Source of the DNA: a virus
Lineage: Duplodnaviria; Caudoviricetes
IMG/VR virus record: IMGVR_UViG_2645727757_000001
Span: 1-64,000 of that record
DNA: 64,000 nt
Strand: one strand, 5' to 3'
Part shown: one piece after another, positions 1-8,840 of the stretch
Layout of the letters: each line of letters starts with the position of its first letter
How positions within the stretch are numbered: the stretch's first letter is position 1
Translations under genes and position numbers: made by a program
Notes under the pieces: generated by a model
Database searches by the model: none
Told to the model about the DNA's origin: nothing
The model's input: the letters and a program-made list of their open reading frames with translations, nothing else

Positions 1-5
1 TATAG

Positions 6-3000
6 TTGGCAATAATAGGTTCATTTAATGGCTTTTTTAAGCACAATAAAACAACAGAAGAAAAACTAAATAGCAGATTTGGAGAAGGAGCCTTTAGTGT
101 ATATTCTGAATCAGTTGATGATTTAATTAATAATTATAAAAATGGTATAAGTGTTGATTTCTTTGAAACATCGAGGCTTAAAAATGCCTCTTCTGTAAAA
201 CAAAGATTAGAAGAGGCTAGAACATTAAAAAATGCAATGCTAAATGGTGAAAAAATAATATCATATGACGTTGAAACATTAGGATCATTAAATTCTAAAA
301 ACTTCGCTATAACAGAATATTCTGCTATGATGAAGGATTATGGAACACAAAAAGTTGAACCTTTAGTACAACTTAATATGGGAATAAATAATAAAATATT
401 TGAGAATTTAAAGAATGATGTTAAAGCTGGATTTAACGGTAATATGTCAGAATCAGCTAAAGTAACTATAGAGAGATTACCTTATATATTTAATAGCGAT
501 GGTTCTGTAGCTAATGTAGAACCTACAAGAAGTAATGTAAATAGAGCATTGAACAGATTAACTAAAGAAGAAGTAAGGTATGGGGACGTTGATGTTGTGG
601 CTAGTAAAATATTAGAAGCTTCACAAAGTATAAACAAAGTAAAAGATAATATAACTATAGGATATAATATTAAAAATTTCGATAACCAAGCTAGAGCCGA
701 AATGTTAAGAACTCATGGATTACAAGATGGGTTATTATCTACAAATAGAGAAATAGATATCCAAGAAATTTTTATGGCAGCTTTTGATACAGAAATTCAT
801 GGTATGTATGAAGAAAAGGGAATGGGCAATGTTAGCGGTAAATTTAAAGTTGAAAATCTAGCTAAATTATTTGGTGTAGATGCAGGTACTTCTCACGTAG
901 CAGCTGATGATACTATGACTATATTTAATATATTAGAATCGAGTTTCAATGGTGGAGAAGAAACTGTATTAGATAGAGCTATAGGAAATATTGAAAGAAA
1001 AATAAAAAACGGTGGATATACAAATAAAACAGTAAATGACAATATTGTTTTTAGAGCTATTAATTCTAATAGTACTGTAGAAAACTTTAATTTTAATAAG
1101 AGTGCTAATCCTAACGGTTCAATATCAGCAGATGGATTCCAAAAGCACCTTGATTTTATGGTAGATAATTATTCTGGTAAACCAATGAAATATAGAGATA
1201 GAAGTTCTTCAAGGGGTTTATTCTACAGAGCTGGAGAAATGAGAGTAATACCAAAAGAGTATTTATCAGAAGAAACATTAAAAGCAATAGGAGAAAGTGC
1301 ACAAGAGGCTTATGTTTTACCTTTGACTACAATGGGAGATAGTAATTTTGGTCATACTTCATATATAATTAGAGGTAGCAAAGAGGAAATAGAAGATACT
1401 TTATCTACTAGCTTTAAATCATATAATTTAGTAAATAAAATAGATAGTAATTCTTCTCCTTATGATATAAGCGAAAAAGTTGCTAAAGCACAAGAAGACA
1501 TATATTTTAATGATCTAGCTAGAAGAAATTTTGACGCTATGTTTGAAGCTGGTGGAGAGAAAGACTTTAATTATACGTCCAGTATGTACGCAACATACGA
1601 AGAATTAAACTCAAATTACCAAAAATTAGGAGGTAAAGGTAAACTAAATAACACTCAAATAAAGGAACTTACAAATAATGGTAGGATAAAAGTTGGTGAA
1701 AATGAATTAACTCTAATGGATCACGCAACTAATCTTAGAAGAACTATACCCGATCCTGCTAATAAAGGTCAGTACATTAAAGGAGATTTAATTACTGAAT
1801 GGGTTAGAGATTTTAATTATATGTATGGCTATCTTGATGATACTAACGATATAATATCTCCAATGATTGAAGAAATACAACAAAATATTACTTTATCTAA
1901 TGGTAATGTTTTAAATGCAATTAAAGGAGCATCTAAAGAAAATAGAGCTTCAATTATAAATAGAATTAAGAAAGAATCATTAAGTAATTCATACAATGAA
2001 CTTGTGGGAGCTATTAATGAATCTTTAGGAAAAGAAGCTGGAGCTTCAATTTTTAATGAAGTTATTAATCCATTTGATATTAACTTTTATAATTATGCTG
2101 ATGTATTAAAAGATGGAAAATATACTTCTATGAATATAACTACATTAGATTCAACAATAGAAGGGCTAGGAAAATTAGTATATAGGAATAATAGAGCTGG
2201 TACTAGTGCAGCTAGTACAAAAAATTACGCTTTATCTAATCTTATATCTATAAGTAAAGATTTAAATTCTAGAGGAATTGTATCTGATAAAATGTTAGAA
2301 GAAATAAGCTCAACTGGTGATGTTAATACATCTGTAAAGGCTATAGCTAAAGATTTATTTGATTATTCAGTTGAAGCAAAAAATGGATTACCAGATGAAG
2401 CACTTATAAAAAGTTATATAGAAGCAATGCTTACAAATAACTATGAAGATGAAACATTAAAGAAATTAACTAATCTTAGAGGTGGAACTGCGTCCATAAG
2501 AGATTTAAGTGGAATAAAAATAAATGATATGTCTTTCAGAAATTATGTTCTTACAAATTCAGAAGAGCTTTCTGGAATTTTAGGTGTTGATAATATTATT
2601 ACTGATGTAGTTGAAAGAAACTCTGGTATGGCATCTAGTGTATTTAATCTTAATGTTGGTGAAAAAACTTTAAAATATATAAATTCTCAAAATAATGTTG
2701 GCCATAAAGTAAAAGTTTTACCAGAAGCTTTTACTTCATATTTAAGAAATACCGTTGGATATAATGACAATGAAATAGCAGCTATAACTGATATGCTATA
2801 TGGAATTAGTGACAATGGAAGTTATGAAAAGAAATTCGGGTATATACCTAGAGGTTATGGTGCGACATTTATTACAGGAACAAATAAAGGTGATCCAACA
2901 CATGGATTCTTGATTTACAATCCAAGTGATACTAATGAAGTACTAAATGCCTACAGAAGAGGCGAGATAAGTCCTAAAGCTGCGTTCCAACCAATCCCAA

Positions 3001-6000
3001 CAGTTAATAATGATTACGGAAGAAGATATATTAAGCAAGGTAATAGTAATAAAATGATTACAGAAGATATTACAGCTTATTATGGAGGTAAGTCAATAGA
3101 CACTAGAATACCAGTATTAAAAGAGGGAAATACAATAACTAATGCAATAGATTCTAGTAGAATTGTAGCTGATAGTTTTGATAATTTAATGAAAGCTGGA
3201 AAGGGAGAAGAAGCTTCAAGATTAGTTAATAATCAATACAATAAAGTTATTGGTAATGAAATAGGTACTAGTGCATATAGAAGAATAGGCAATAAGAAAC
3301 AATTCGTTGCTAATATGAATGACTTAATGGAATATAAGAAAGCTGGAGGATTAATGTCTTTACTTCCAGAGCTTTACGGTGAACCTGATATACAAAAAGA
3401 ATTAGATGATCTTTTTGGCCATGATGTTGTAAAAAGAGAACTGAATAAAATAAGTGATAGCATTTATAACTATGATATAAATTCACATCAAATGAGTGGA
3501 GATATGCAAGAATGGTATTTAAAGAACTTATTTGATGGAAAAAATCTAGCTGAAAGAATGAAAAAATTACCTAATATAAGTAAAAATAATTTAAAAATAA
3601 TAGAATCAGCTATAGAAGAAGTTAAGAATGGAAGTATGCTTGTAAAGGAATCAATGACAGGAAAATATGCAACAATATATTCAAAACAAAATCCAGTAAA
3701 CTTCGATCCTTTTTCAGAATACGATAATCCAGTTAGACCTCTTCATAACCAACGTCTAGGTATTAAAGCTATTAGTTATGAAGAATTAATAAATAATGCT
3801 AAAGAAAGAGGCGTAGATAATATACAAGAACTACTAGAAGGTAATAGTGTATATATAGGTTCTATGACTAGAGCTAGTGATGCTAATTTAAAATTTAATT
3901 TAGTATCTAGTAACGAAGGTAAACCATTATATGAAGGTCTATCAATAAAAGCTTCTCAAATGCCATCTGCTGCATATTATGAAAAGTTTAATCAAATAGA
4001 TCCAGAAGAAATAAGAAAAAGATTTACTATTAAAACTAATAAAGCTATAACTATGGAAGATGTTGATTATATATTAAGAGCATATGGTACAAATGGTGGA
4101 ACTTATGAACAACATAGTGTATTAAGACCAAGTATAGCTAAATATGCAGGACCTAAACCAGAAACAGTAAGTGTTAAATTAAATGGAGTAAATGCTGATG
4201 AATTTAAACTAGGTGATTCTATAGATAACAATAGTATCGTAAGTAGATTCAATATAGATAGCGATATAGTGAATTTAAAATACGATAATGTTCCTGGAAC
4301 AATTGTTGATATAGATTATGAATCAAATACATTACAAATTGAGCCTAAGAATAAATCATTTAATGAAATAAAAGTTAATCTAGGCGGTGAAAAAACTGTA
4401 TCAACTCCTATACTTGGAAAAAACAATATTCAGTATGAGTTTTCAGAATTTTTATATAATGAAATGTTTGGAGAAGATGTTTCTCTTGTAGGTCATATGG
4501 AATTTGGTAAGCATAAAAATGCAGGAGCAATTATACAAAATCAATTCGATACAGCTATTGAAATGTTAAATAAATACGGTAATGAGGAAGAAATGGTTTT
4601 ATTTGCTACAGCAATAAACAGAAGCGGACTTGGATGGAATTTGAGTTATGAAAAAGATCCAAGAACAGGATTATATCATGCAGTAAAACATACATCTGAT
4701 GTTGATGGTAACGCTTTTGAAATGCTTAATAATGCATTTGATGAATTCTATAGAGTTTCAAGAAATCCAGAGCTAGTAAATTCTATAAAAAATGAACTTA
4801 ATTATAATAGGGAAAATAATTTATATAGAACAACATTAAGATTCGCAGAACTTAATGAATCTCTTCAAGCTGCTGAAAATGAGCTTGGAAGAGGTATAAA
4901 AGATACTCCTAGAAAAAGACAAGTATTTGGAGCGGAAGCACTTGATGGATATAGAACAATAGATAAATATGGAGAAGTGCAAAGAATAGTACAACCAATA
5001 ATAGATATGAACCTTGATACTATAAAAGACGGAACAGCTTTTAAAAAGGCATATGTTGATATGGGGAATATATACAATACTTCAAAAGCTATCTCTGGAA
5101 ATACTGATGGAATAAAGATACTAGAGAAAGATTTATTAGGTTTAGACGTAAATAGTAAAAATCTAACTATAGATTTATTAAAAAATAATATTTATGGAAT
5201 TGATGCAGATAAATATAGCGTATTGAAATTAAACCTAAAAAATCAAAGAGTTGTAAACCCTGTTACAAAAGTAAAAGAAGATTTTGTTTATCTTCCAATT
5301 TTGCATACAAATATAATAAACAATGACCAAATTTATCCTTCAAAATCACAAGGAGTTTCTGCTGAACTTATTAGAATGTTGTCTATAAAAGAAAATTTAG
5401 AATCATTAGAAGGTACTAAATTTGCTAACTATGAAGATTTAGCCGAAATGATAAATAGAGAATACGCAAATAGTTTTAATCTGTTACCATATGAATATTC
5501 TAATAAGAACGGTATAGTGAATAAAGCTTTGGCATCTGGAAGAGTGGATATGTCTGGTATGTCATTAACCGCTGGTATTATTCCACCAGAATTTGTTGAT
5601 GCAAATAAAACAAAACTAAGAAATCCAATGGGTAATCAAGCTATAAGACTTGTAGATGGTAAACCTGTATATGATGATATTGTTTGGACTTCTAAAGAGT
5701 ACTTAGAATCAATGGGTTATAACAGCAAGACTATAGGAAAACAACTATATAATAATAACTTTATGGATAACATGGAGTTTAGAAGGATTATAGAAGAAAA
5801 TGGTTTACTAAAAGGATTAAATAAATCAGATGTTACTGATGATATATTTGAACAGATTGGTGATTTATACGCTAGTAAAATAGGTATAAATGCTATTGCT
5901 ACAAGAGAACCTACATTCCATACAGGAGCAACTAAGGCAACTAAAGTAATGTTGAATGATACTATGGAAGGTTATTCAGTAATGCTTACATCTTGGATGG

Positions 6001-8825
6001 CTGGACCACAAAATGCCGACATTGATGGTGATAATGAATTCATTCAATTACTTGGCCTTAAAAAGACTAATGAAGGGGTAGTGCTTAGAAGTGGTGATGA
6101 TGAAATTAACGTTGCAGTAGAAAGACTTCTAAAACTCCAAAATAGATTAAATGAAGAGTATGTTGGTTCTACTAGTAATCAAGTTGTATTAGAATACAAT
6201 AAAGATGGAGTTTTTGAAGGTAAGTATAGATATGTCAACGATAAGGAAGCTAAAAAATACACAATGTCTGGTAAAGTAATGACAGAAATTATTGAAGATG
6301 AGTATGGAATGGACGGAAATATAAATTTCTTCTCAAAAGAACATGGAGAAAAAATAAGACAGCTAGGAATAAAAGCAAGACAAAATAAAGCTGGTATAGG
6401 TTATATATCTAATGAGAACTTTAAAATAAGAGAAATGGCTTTCCATTCTTTAGATAAAGACTATCTAAATAAAGAGCTATATAATGATGTAATAAAATTT
6501 ACTCAACTAGCAGAACAAAAAATCATTGACGTTAAGCATAGTAATATAGAGAAACTTACAGTTGCTCCTAAATATCAAGCTGGTATAAAACTAATGGGTA
6601 ATGCAACTGGAAATGAAAATCTAAATAAAGGATTTGAAAGTGTTGTTGAAGCCATTAGGGATTCTGGAGTATACGGTGATGACATAATAGTTAATGCATC
6701 AGATATAATAAAAGGACAATTCCCAAATAATGAGGGGAATAGACACCTAAGAGCTGTATATGATTTATTCCAAAATGATGATTTAAGAGAAATATATAAA
6801 TCAAGAGCTAATAATCCTATACAATTAAATAGATTAGATGATAAGAATAGTGTTGAAAAAGCAGTTAAAGAAACTATGGATTTCCTAAAGACAGTTGAAA
6901 ATAGTGATACTGATGAACAAATACTAAGTAAAATTGAAAAAAATAATATATCCTTAATAAAGAAAGCAGCAAAAGGAAATAACGTTATAATGGATCATAT
7001 TGTAGTAGGAGAAGATTCAATTTTAAGAGAAAAGGGAGGTTCATCATCATTTAAATTAACTAGTATAGATAATTTAAATGGAATGGCTACACTACAAAAT
7101 TTAGATACAGAAGAATATTTTAATGTATTCTCTAACTCTGAAAAATCATTAGACCAAATTTTAGGTAGTAAATATGACGTTATGATTGGTAAAGAGTTAG
7201 ATGAAGTAATGGAAAATATAAAACCTAAAAGAACACAAAAAGATATTTATTTAGATAGAGTATTTAGTAATCCAGATGAAGTGCCAGAAATTTTAAAAGC
7301 AGCTCAATTAGATGATGAAGTATTAAATGCTGGAAGAAAAAGAAGAAACAAATTATTAAAAGAACAATTTGAAGATACTGATATAAATATAAAGAGAATG
7401 TCAGATATAATTTCAGAAAATGTTGATTCTAATGGAGAATTTTTAAATACATTAAGAAAAAATTACTCTAAAATAGATTTTGAACTTATAGAAGATGGAT
7501 ATAATAGATTAAATACTCTTTATAAGAACAATAAGCTAAAGAGAAGTGAATTTTCAGAATACCTTACTGAAATAAATAATAATATTATCAGAAAAGGTAG
7601 AGATGCGAAATTAAAGAGAGAACAAATGAATGAGTATATCACTAATAGAACAATGGATGTTGCTAAGAGATATAGCCAAGGAAGAGATTTTAACCAAATA
7701 AATTCAGAAATTTCACAACATAAGATTTATGATATAGATTCTATGAAATCATCATATGCAGAAGCATTAATGAAGAATAAAAATAGAATAACGGAAACTT
7801 ATGATGATGAAAAGATAGCAAAAACTCTTATAAATAAAAGTGAAAATACAGCACAAGAACTAATAAATGAGGCTATTGAATATAATGAACAATCTGGGTT
7901 AAATAAAACTCTACTGTATGCTGAAAACTTTGATTATAAAGGTGGAAGAGAAGAACTTCTTAATTGGAATAGCTCAACTGAAAGAAGTGTAAGAGGTTTA
8001 TTAGATAACCCTAATATGAAGTTAACTAATAAAGAATTTAATACATTATCAAATGCGAAGATTGGTTTTGGAGAATTTGCTGATGCAAGGCTAAGAGATT
8101 TAGATATTGATACTTTAAAAGGATTAATTGGCTCACAAGCTAGTACATCTAACTCTGAAATAAGAGGTATAATGGAAGAAAGCCAAAGAAACATAAATGC
8201 TTATGTAAGTTATGTAGTTAATAATAAAAATAATTTATCTAATGAATATAGAAATGCTTCTAAAAATATAACTAAAATGCAAAAGCCTTTAGATAATGAT
8301 TTTGGAGTAGAAAAATTAAATAAAAGATTACTAGAACTTGCGGAGGAAAAAAGATTCAATACTGAAAATGCAGCTAAAGAAACAGTAGAAGGAATATCTA
8401 AAAACATGGATGAAGCTAGTAAATCACTAAAAAAACTATTCAAGAATAAAAAAGTTTTAGTTGGTGTTGCAGGAGCTGGTGCTGCCGCTGTAGCTTTATC
8501 TGTTTTAGGAGGAAGAAACGAAGTTAATCCAGGAAAGATTGATAATGAAGCTAATGAACAAATAAACACTAAAGCAAAACCAGTTGTTTATGAAGCTCCA
8601 CCTTCTGCTCCTAATAATAATAGAGGATTATTAGAAGGTATAAAGATGAAGATTACTGGAAAATCAAATAATGAAATAGATAATAAACAACTTCAAAGTA
8701 AAATAGCTAGTACATTTAAAAATAGTGTTGGAAATGAAGTTACTATAAATACATCCGAAGAAGATAATAGAGAAGATATTAATGACAGTTGGTTAAAAGA
8801 CAAAATATCAAAATTAATTAATTAA
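6..8825 (+). CDS. Giant single-chain two-barrel (DPBB) RNA polymerase, probable virion RNAP, with N-terminal DEDDh exonuclease domain and C-terminal hydrophobic segment
   Basis: Exonuclease motifs: YDVET (D88,E90), GYNIKNFD (D226), SHVAADD (H297,D302). Beta-like motifs: PFSEYDNPVR (aa1235-1244), TYEQ, PGTIVDID, KVNLGGEK (K1456,K1463), KNAGAII. Beta'-like motifs: GRVDMSGMS (R1846), REPTFH (aa1967-1972), NADIDGD (aa2003-2009, nt 6012-6032). Hydrophobic VLVGVAGAGAAAVALSVLGG near the C-terminus. TTG start; the RBS would lie outside the window. Confidence 0.85.
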   Translation: MAIIGSFNGFFKHNKTTEEKLNSRFGEGAFSVYSESVDDLINNYKNGISVDFFETSRLKNASSVKQRLEEARTLKNAMLNGEKIISYDVETLGSLNSKNFAITEYSAMMKDYGTQKVEPLVQLNMGINNKIFENLKNDVKAGFNGNMSESAKVTIERLPYIFNSDGSVANVEPTRSNVNRALNRLTKEEVRYGDVDVVASKILEASQSINKVKDNITIGYNIKNFDNQARAEMLRTHGLQDGLLSTNREIDIQEIFMAAFDTEIHGMYEEKGMGNVSGKFKVENLAKLFGVDAGTSHVAADDTMTIFNILESSFNGGEETVLDRAIGNIERKIKNGGYTNKTVNDNIVFRAINSNSTVENFNFNKSANPNGSISADGFQKHLDFMVDNYSGKPMKYRDRSSSRGLFYRAGEMRVIPKEYLSEETLKAIGESAQEAYVLPLTTMGDSNFGHTSYIIRGSKEEIEDTLSTSFKSYNLVNKIDSNSSPYDISEKVAKAQEDIYFNDLARRNFDAMFEAGGEKDFNYTSSMYATYEELNSNYQKLGGKGKLNNTQIKELTNNGRIKVGENELTLMDHATNLRRTIPDPANKGQYIKGDLITEWVRDFNYMYGYLDDTNDIISPMIEEIQQNITLSNGNVLNAIKGASKENRASIINRIKKESLSNSYNELVGAINESLGKEAGASIFNEVINPFDINFYNYADVLKDGKYTSMNITTLDSTIEGLGKLVYRNNRAGTSAASTKNYALSNLISISKDLNSRGIVSDKMLEEISSTGDVNTSVKAIAKDLFDYSVEAKNGLPDEALIKSYIEAMLTNNYEDETLKKLTNLRGGTASIRDLSGIKINDMSFRNYVLTNSEELSGILGVDNIITDVVERNSGMASSVFNLNVGEKTLKYINSQNNVGHKVKVLPEAFTSYLRNTVGYNDNEIAAITDMLYGISDNGSYEKKFGYIPRGYGATFITGTNKGDPTHGFLIYNPSDTNEVLNAYRRGEISPKAAFQPIPTVNNDYGRRYIKQGNSNKMITEDITAYYGGKSIDTRIPVLKEGNTITNAIDSSRIVADSFDNLMKAGKGEEASRLVNNQYNKVIGNEIGTSAYRRIGNKKQFVANMNDLMEYKKAGGLMSLLPELYGEPDIQKELDDLFGHDVVKRELNKISDSIYNYDINSHQMSGDMQEWYLKNLFDGKNLAERMKKLPNISKNNLKIIESAIEEVKNGSMLVKESMTGKYATIYSKQNPVNFDPFSEYDNPVRPLHNQRLGIKAISYEELINNAKERGVDNIQELLEGNSVYIGSMTRASDANLKFNLVSSNEGKPLYEGLSIKASQMPSAAYYEKFNQIDPEEIRKRFTIKTNKAITMEDVDYILRAYGTNGGTYEQHSVLRPSIAKYAGPKPETVSVKLNGVNADEFKLGDSIDNNSIVSRFNIDSDIVNLKYDNVPGTIVDIDYESNTLQIEPKNKSFNEIKVNLGGEKTVSTPILGKNNIQYEFSEFLYNEMFGEDVSLVGHMEFGKHKNAGAIIQNQFDTAIEMLNKYGNEEEMVLFATAINRSGLGWNLSYEKDPRTGLYHAVKHTSDVDGNAFEMLNNAFDEFYRVSRNPELVNSIKNELNYNRENNLYRTTLRFAELNESLQAAENELGRGIKDTPRKRQVFGAEALDGYRTIDKYGEVQRIVQPIIDMNLDTIKDGTAFKKAYVDMGNIYNTSKAISGNTDGIKILEKDLLGLDVNSKNLTIDLLKNNIYGIDADKYSVLKLNLKNQRVVNPVTKVKEDFVYLPILHTNIINNDQIYPSKSQGVSAELIRMLSIKENLESLEGTKFANYEDLAEMINREYANSFNLLPYEYSNKNGIVNKALASGRVDMSGMSLTAGIIPPEFVDANKTKLRNPMGNQAIRLVDGKPVYDDIVWTSKEYLESMGYNSKTIGKQLYNNNFMDNMEFRRIIEENGLLKGLNKSDVTDDIFEQIGDLYASKIGINAIATREPTFHTGATKATKVMLNDTMEGYSVMLTSWMAGPQNADIDGDNEFIQLLGLKKTNEGVVLRSGDDEINVAVERLLKLQNRLNEEYVGSTSNQVVLEYNKDGVFEGKYRYVNDKEAKKYTMSGKVMTEIIEDEYGMDGNINFFSKEHGEKIRQLGIKARQNKAGIGYISNENFKIREMAFHSLDKDYLNKELYNDVIKFTQLAEQKIIDVKHSNIEKLTVAPKYQAGIKLMGNATGNENLNKGFESVVEAIRDSGVYGDDIIVNASDIIKGQFPNNEGNRHLRAVYDLFQNDDLREIYKSRANNPIQLNRLDDKNSVEKAVKETMDFLKTVENSDTDEQILSKIEKNNISLIKKAAKGNNVIMDHIVVGEDSILREKGGSSSFKLTSIDNLNGMATLQNLDTEEYFNVFSNSEKSLDQILGSKYDVMIGKELDEVMENIKPKRTQKDIYLDRVFSNPDEVPEILKAAQLDDEVLNAGRKRRNKLLKEQFEDTDINIKRMSDIISENVDSNGEFLNTLRKNYSKIDFELIEDGYNRLNTLYKNNKLKRSEFSEYLTEINNNIIRKGRDAKLKREQMNEYITNRTMDVAKRYSQGRDFNQINSEISQHKIYDIDSMKSSYAEALMKNKNRITETYDDEKIAKTLINKSENTAQELINEAIEYNEQSGLNKTLLYAENFDYKGGREELLNWNSSTERSVRGLLDNPNMKLTNKEFNTLSNAKIGFGEFADARLRDLDIDTLKGLIGSQASTSNSEIRGIMEESQRNINAYVSYVVNNKNNLSNEYRNASKNITKMQKPLDNDFGVEKLNKRLLELAEEKRFNTENAAKETVEGISKNMDEASKSLKKLFKNKKVLVGVAGAGAAAVALSVLGGRNEVNPGKIDNEANEQINTKAKPVVYEAPPSAPNNNRGLLEGIKMKITGKSNNEIDNKQLQSKIASTFKNSVGNEVTINTSEEDNREDINDSWLKDKISKLIN

Positions 8826-8840
8826 AGGAAGGATTGTATT

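Noticed and set aside
6-1000. Calling ORF1 a DNA polymerase III epsilon/PolC or family A/B DNA polymerase
   Set aside because: Only the exonuclease motifs fit; downstream motifs are those of two-barrel RNA polymerases
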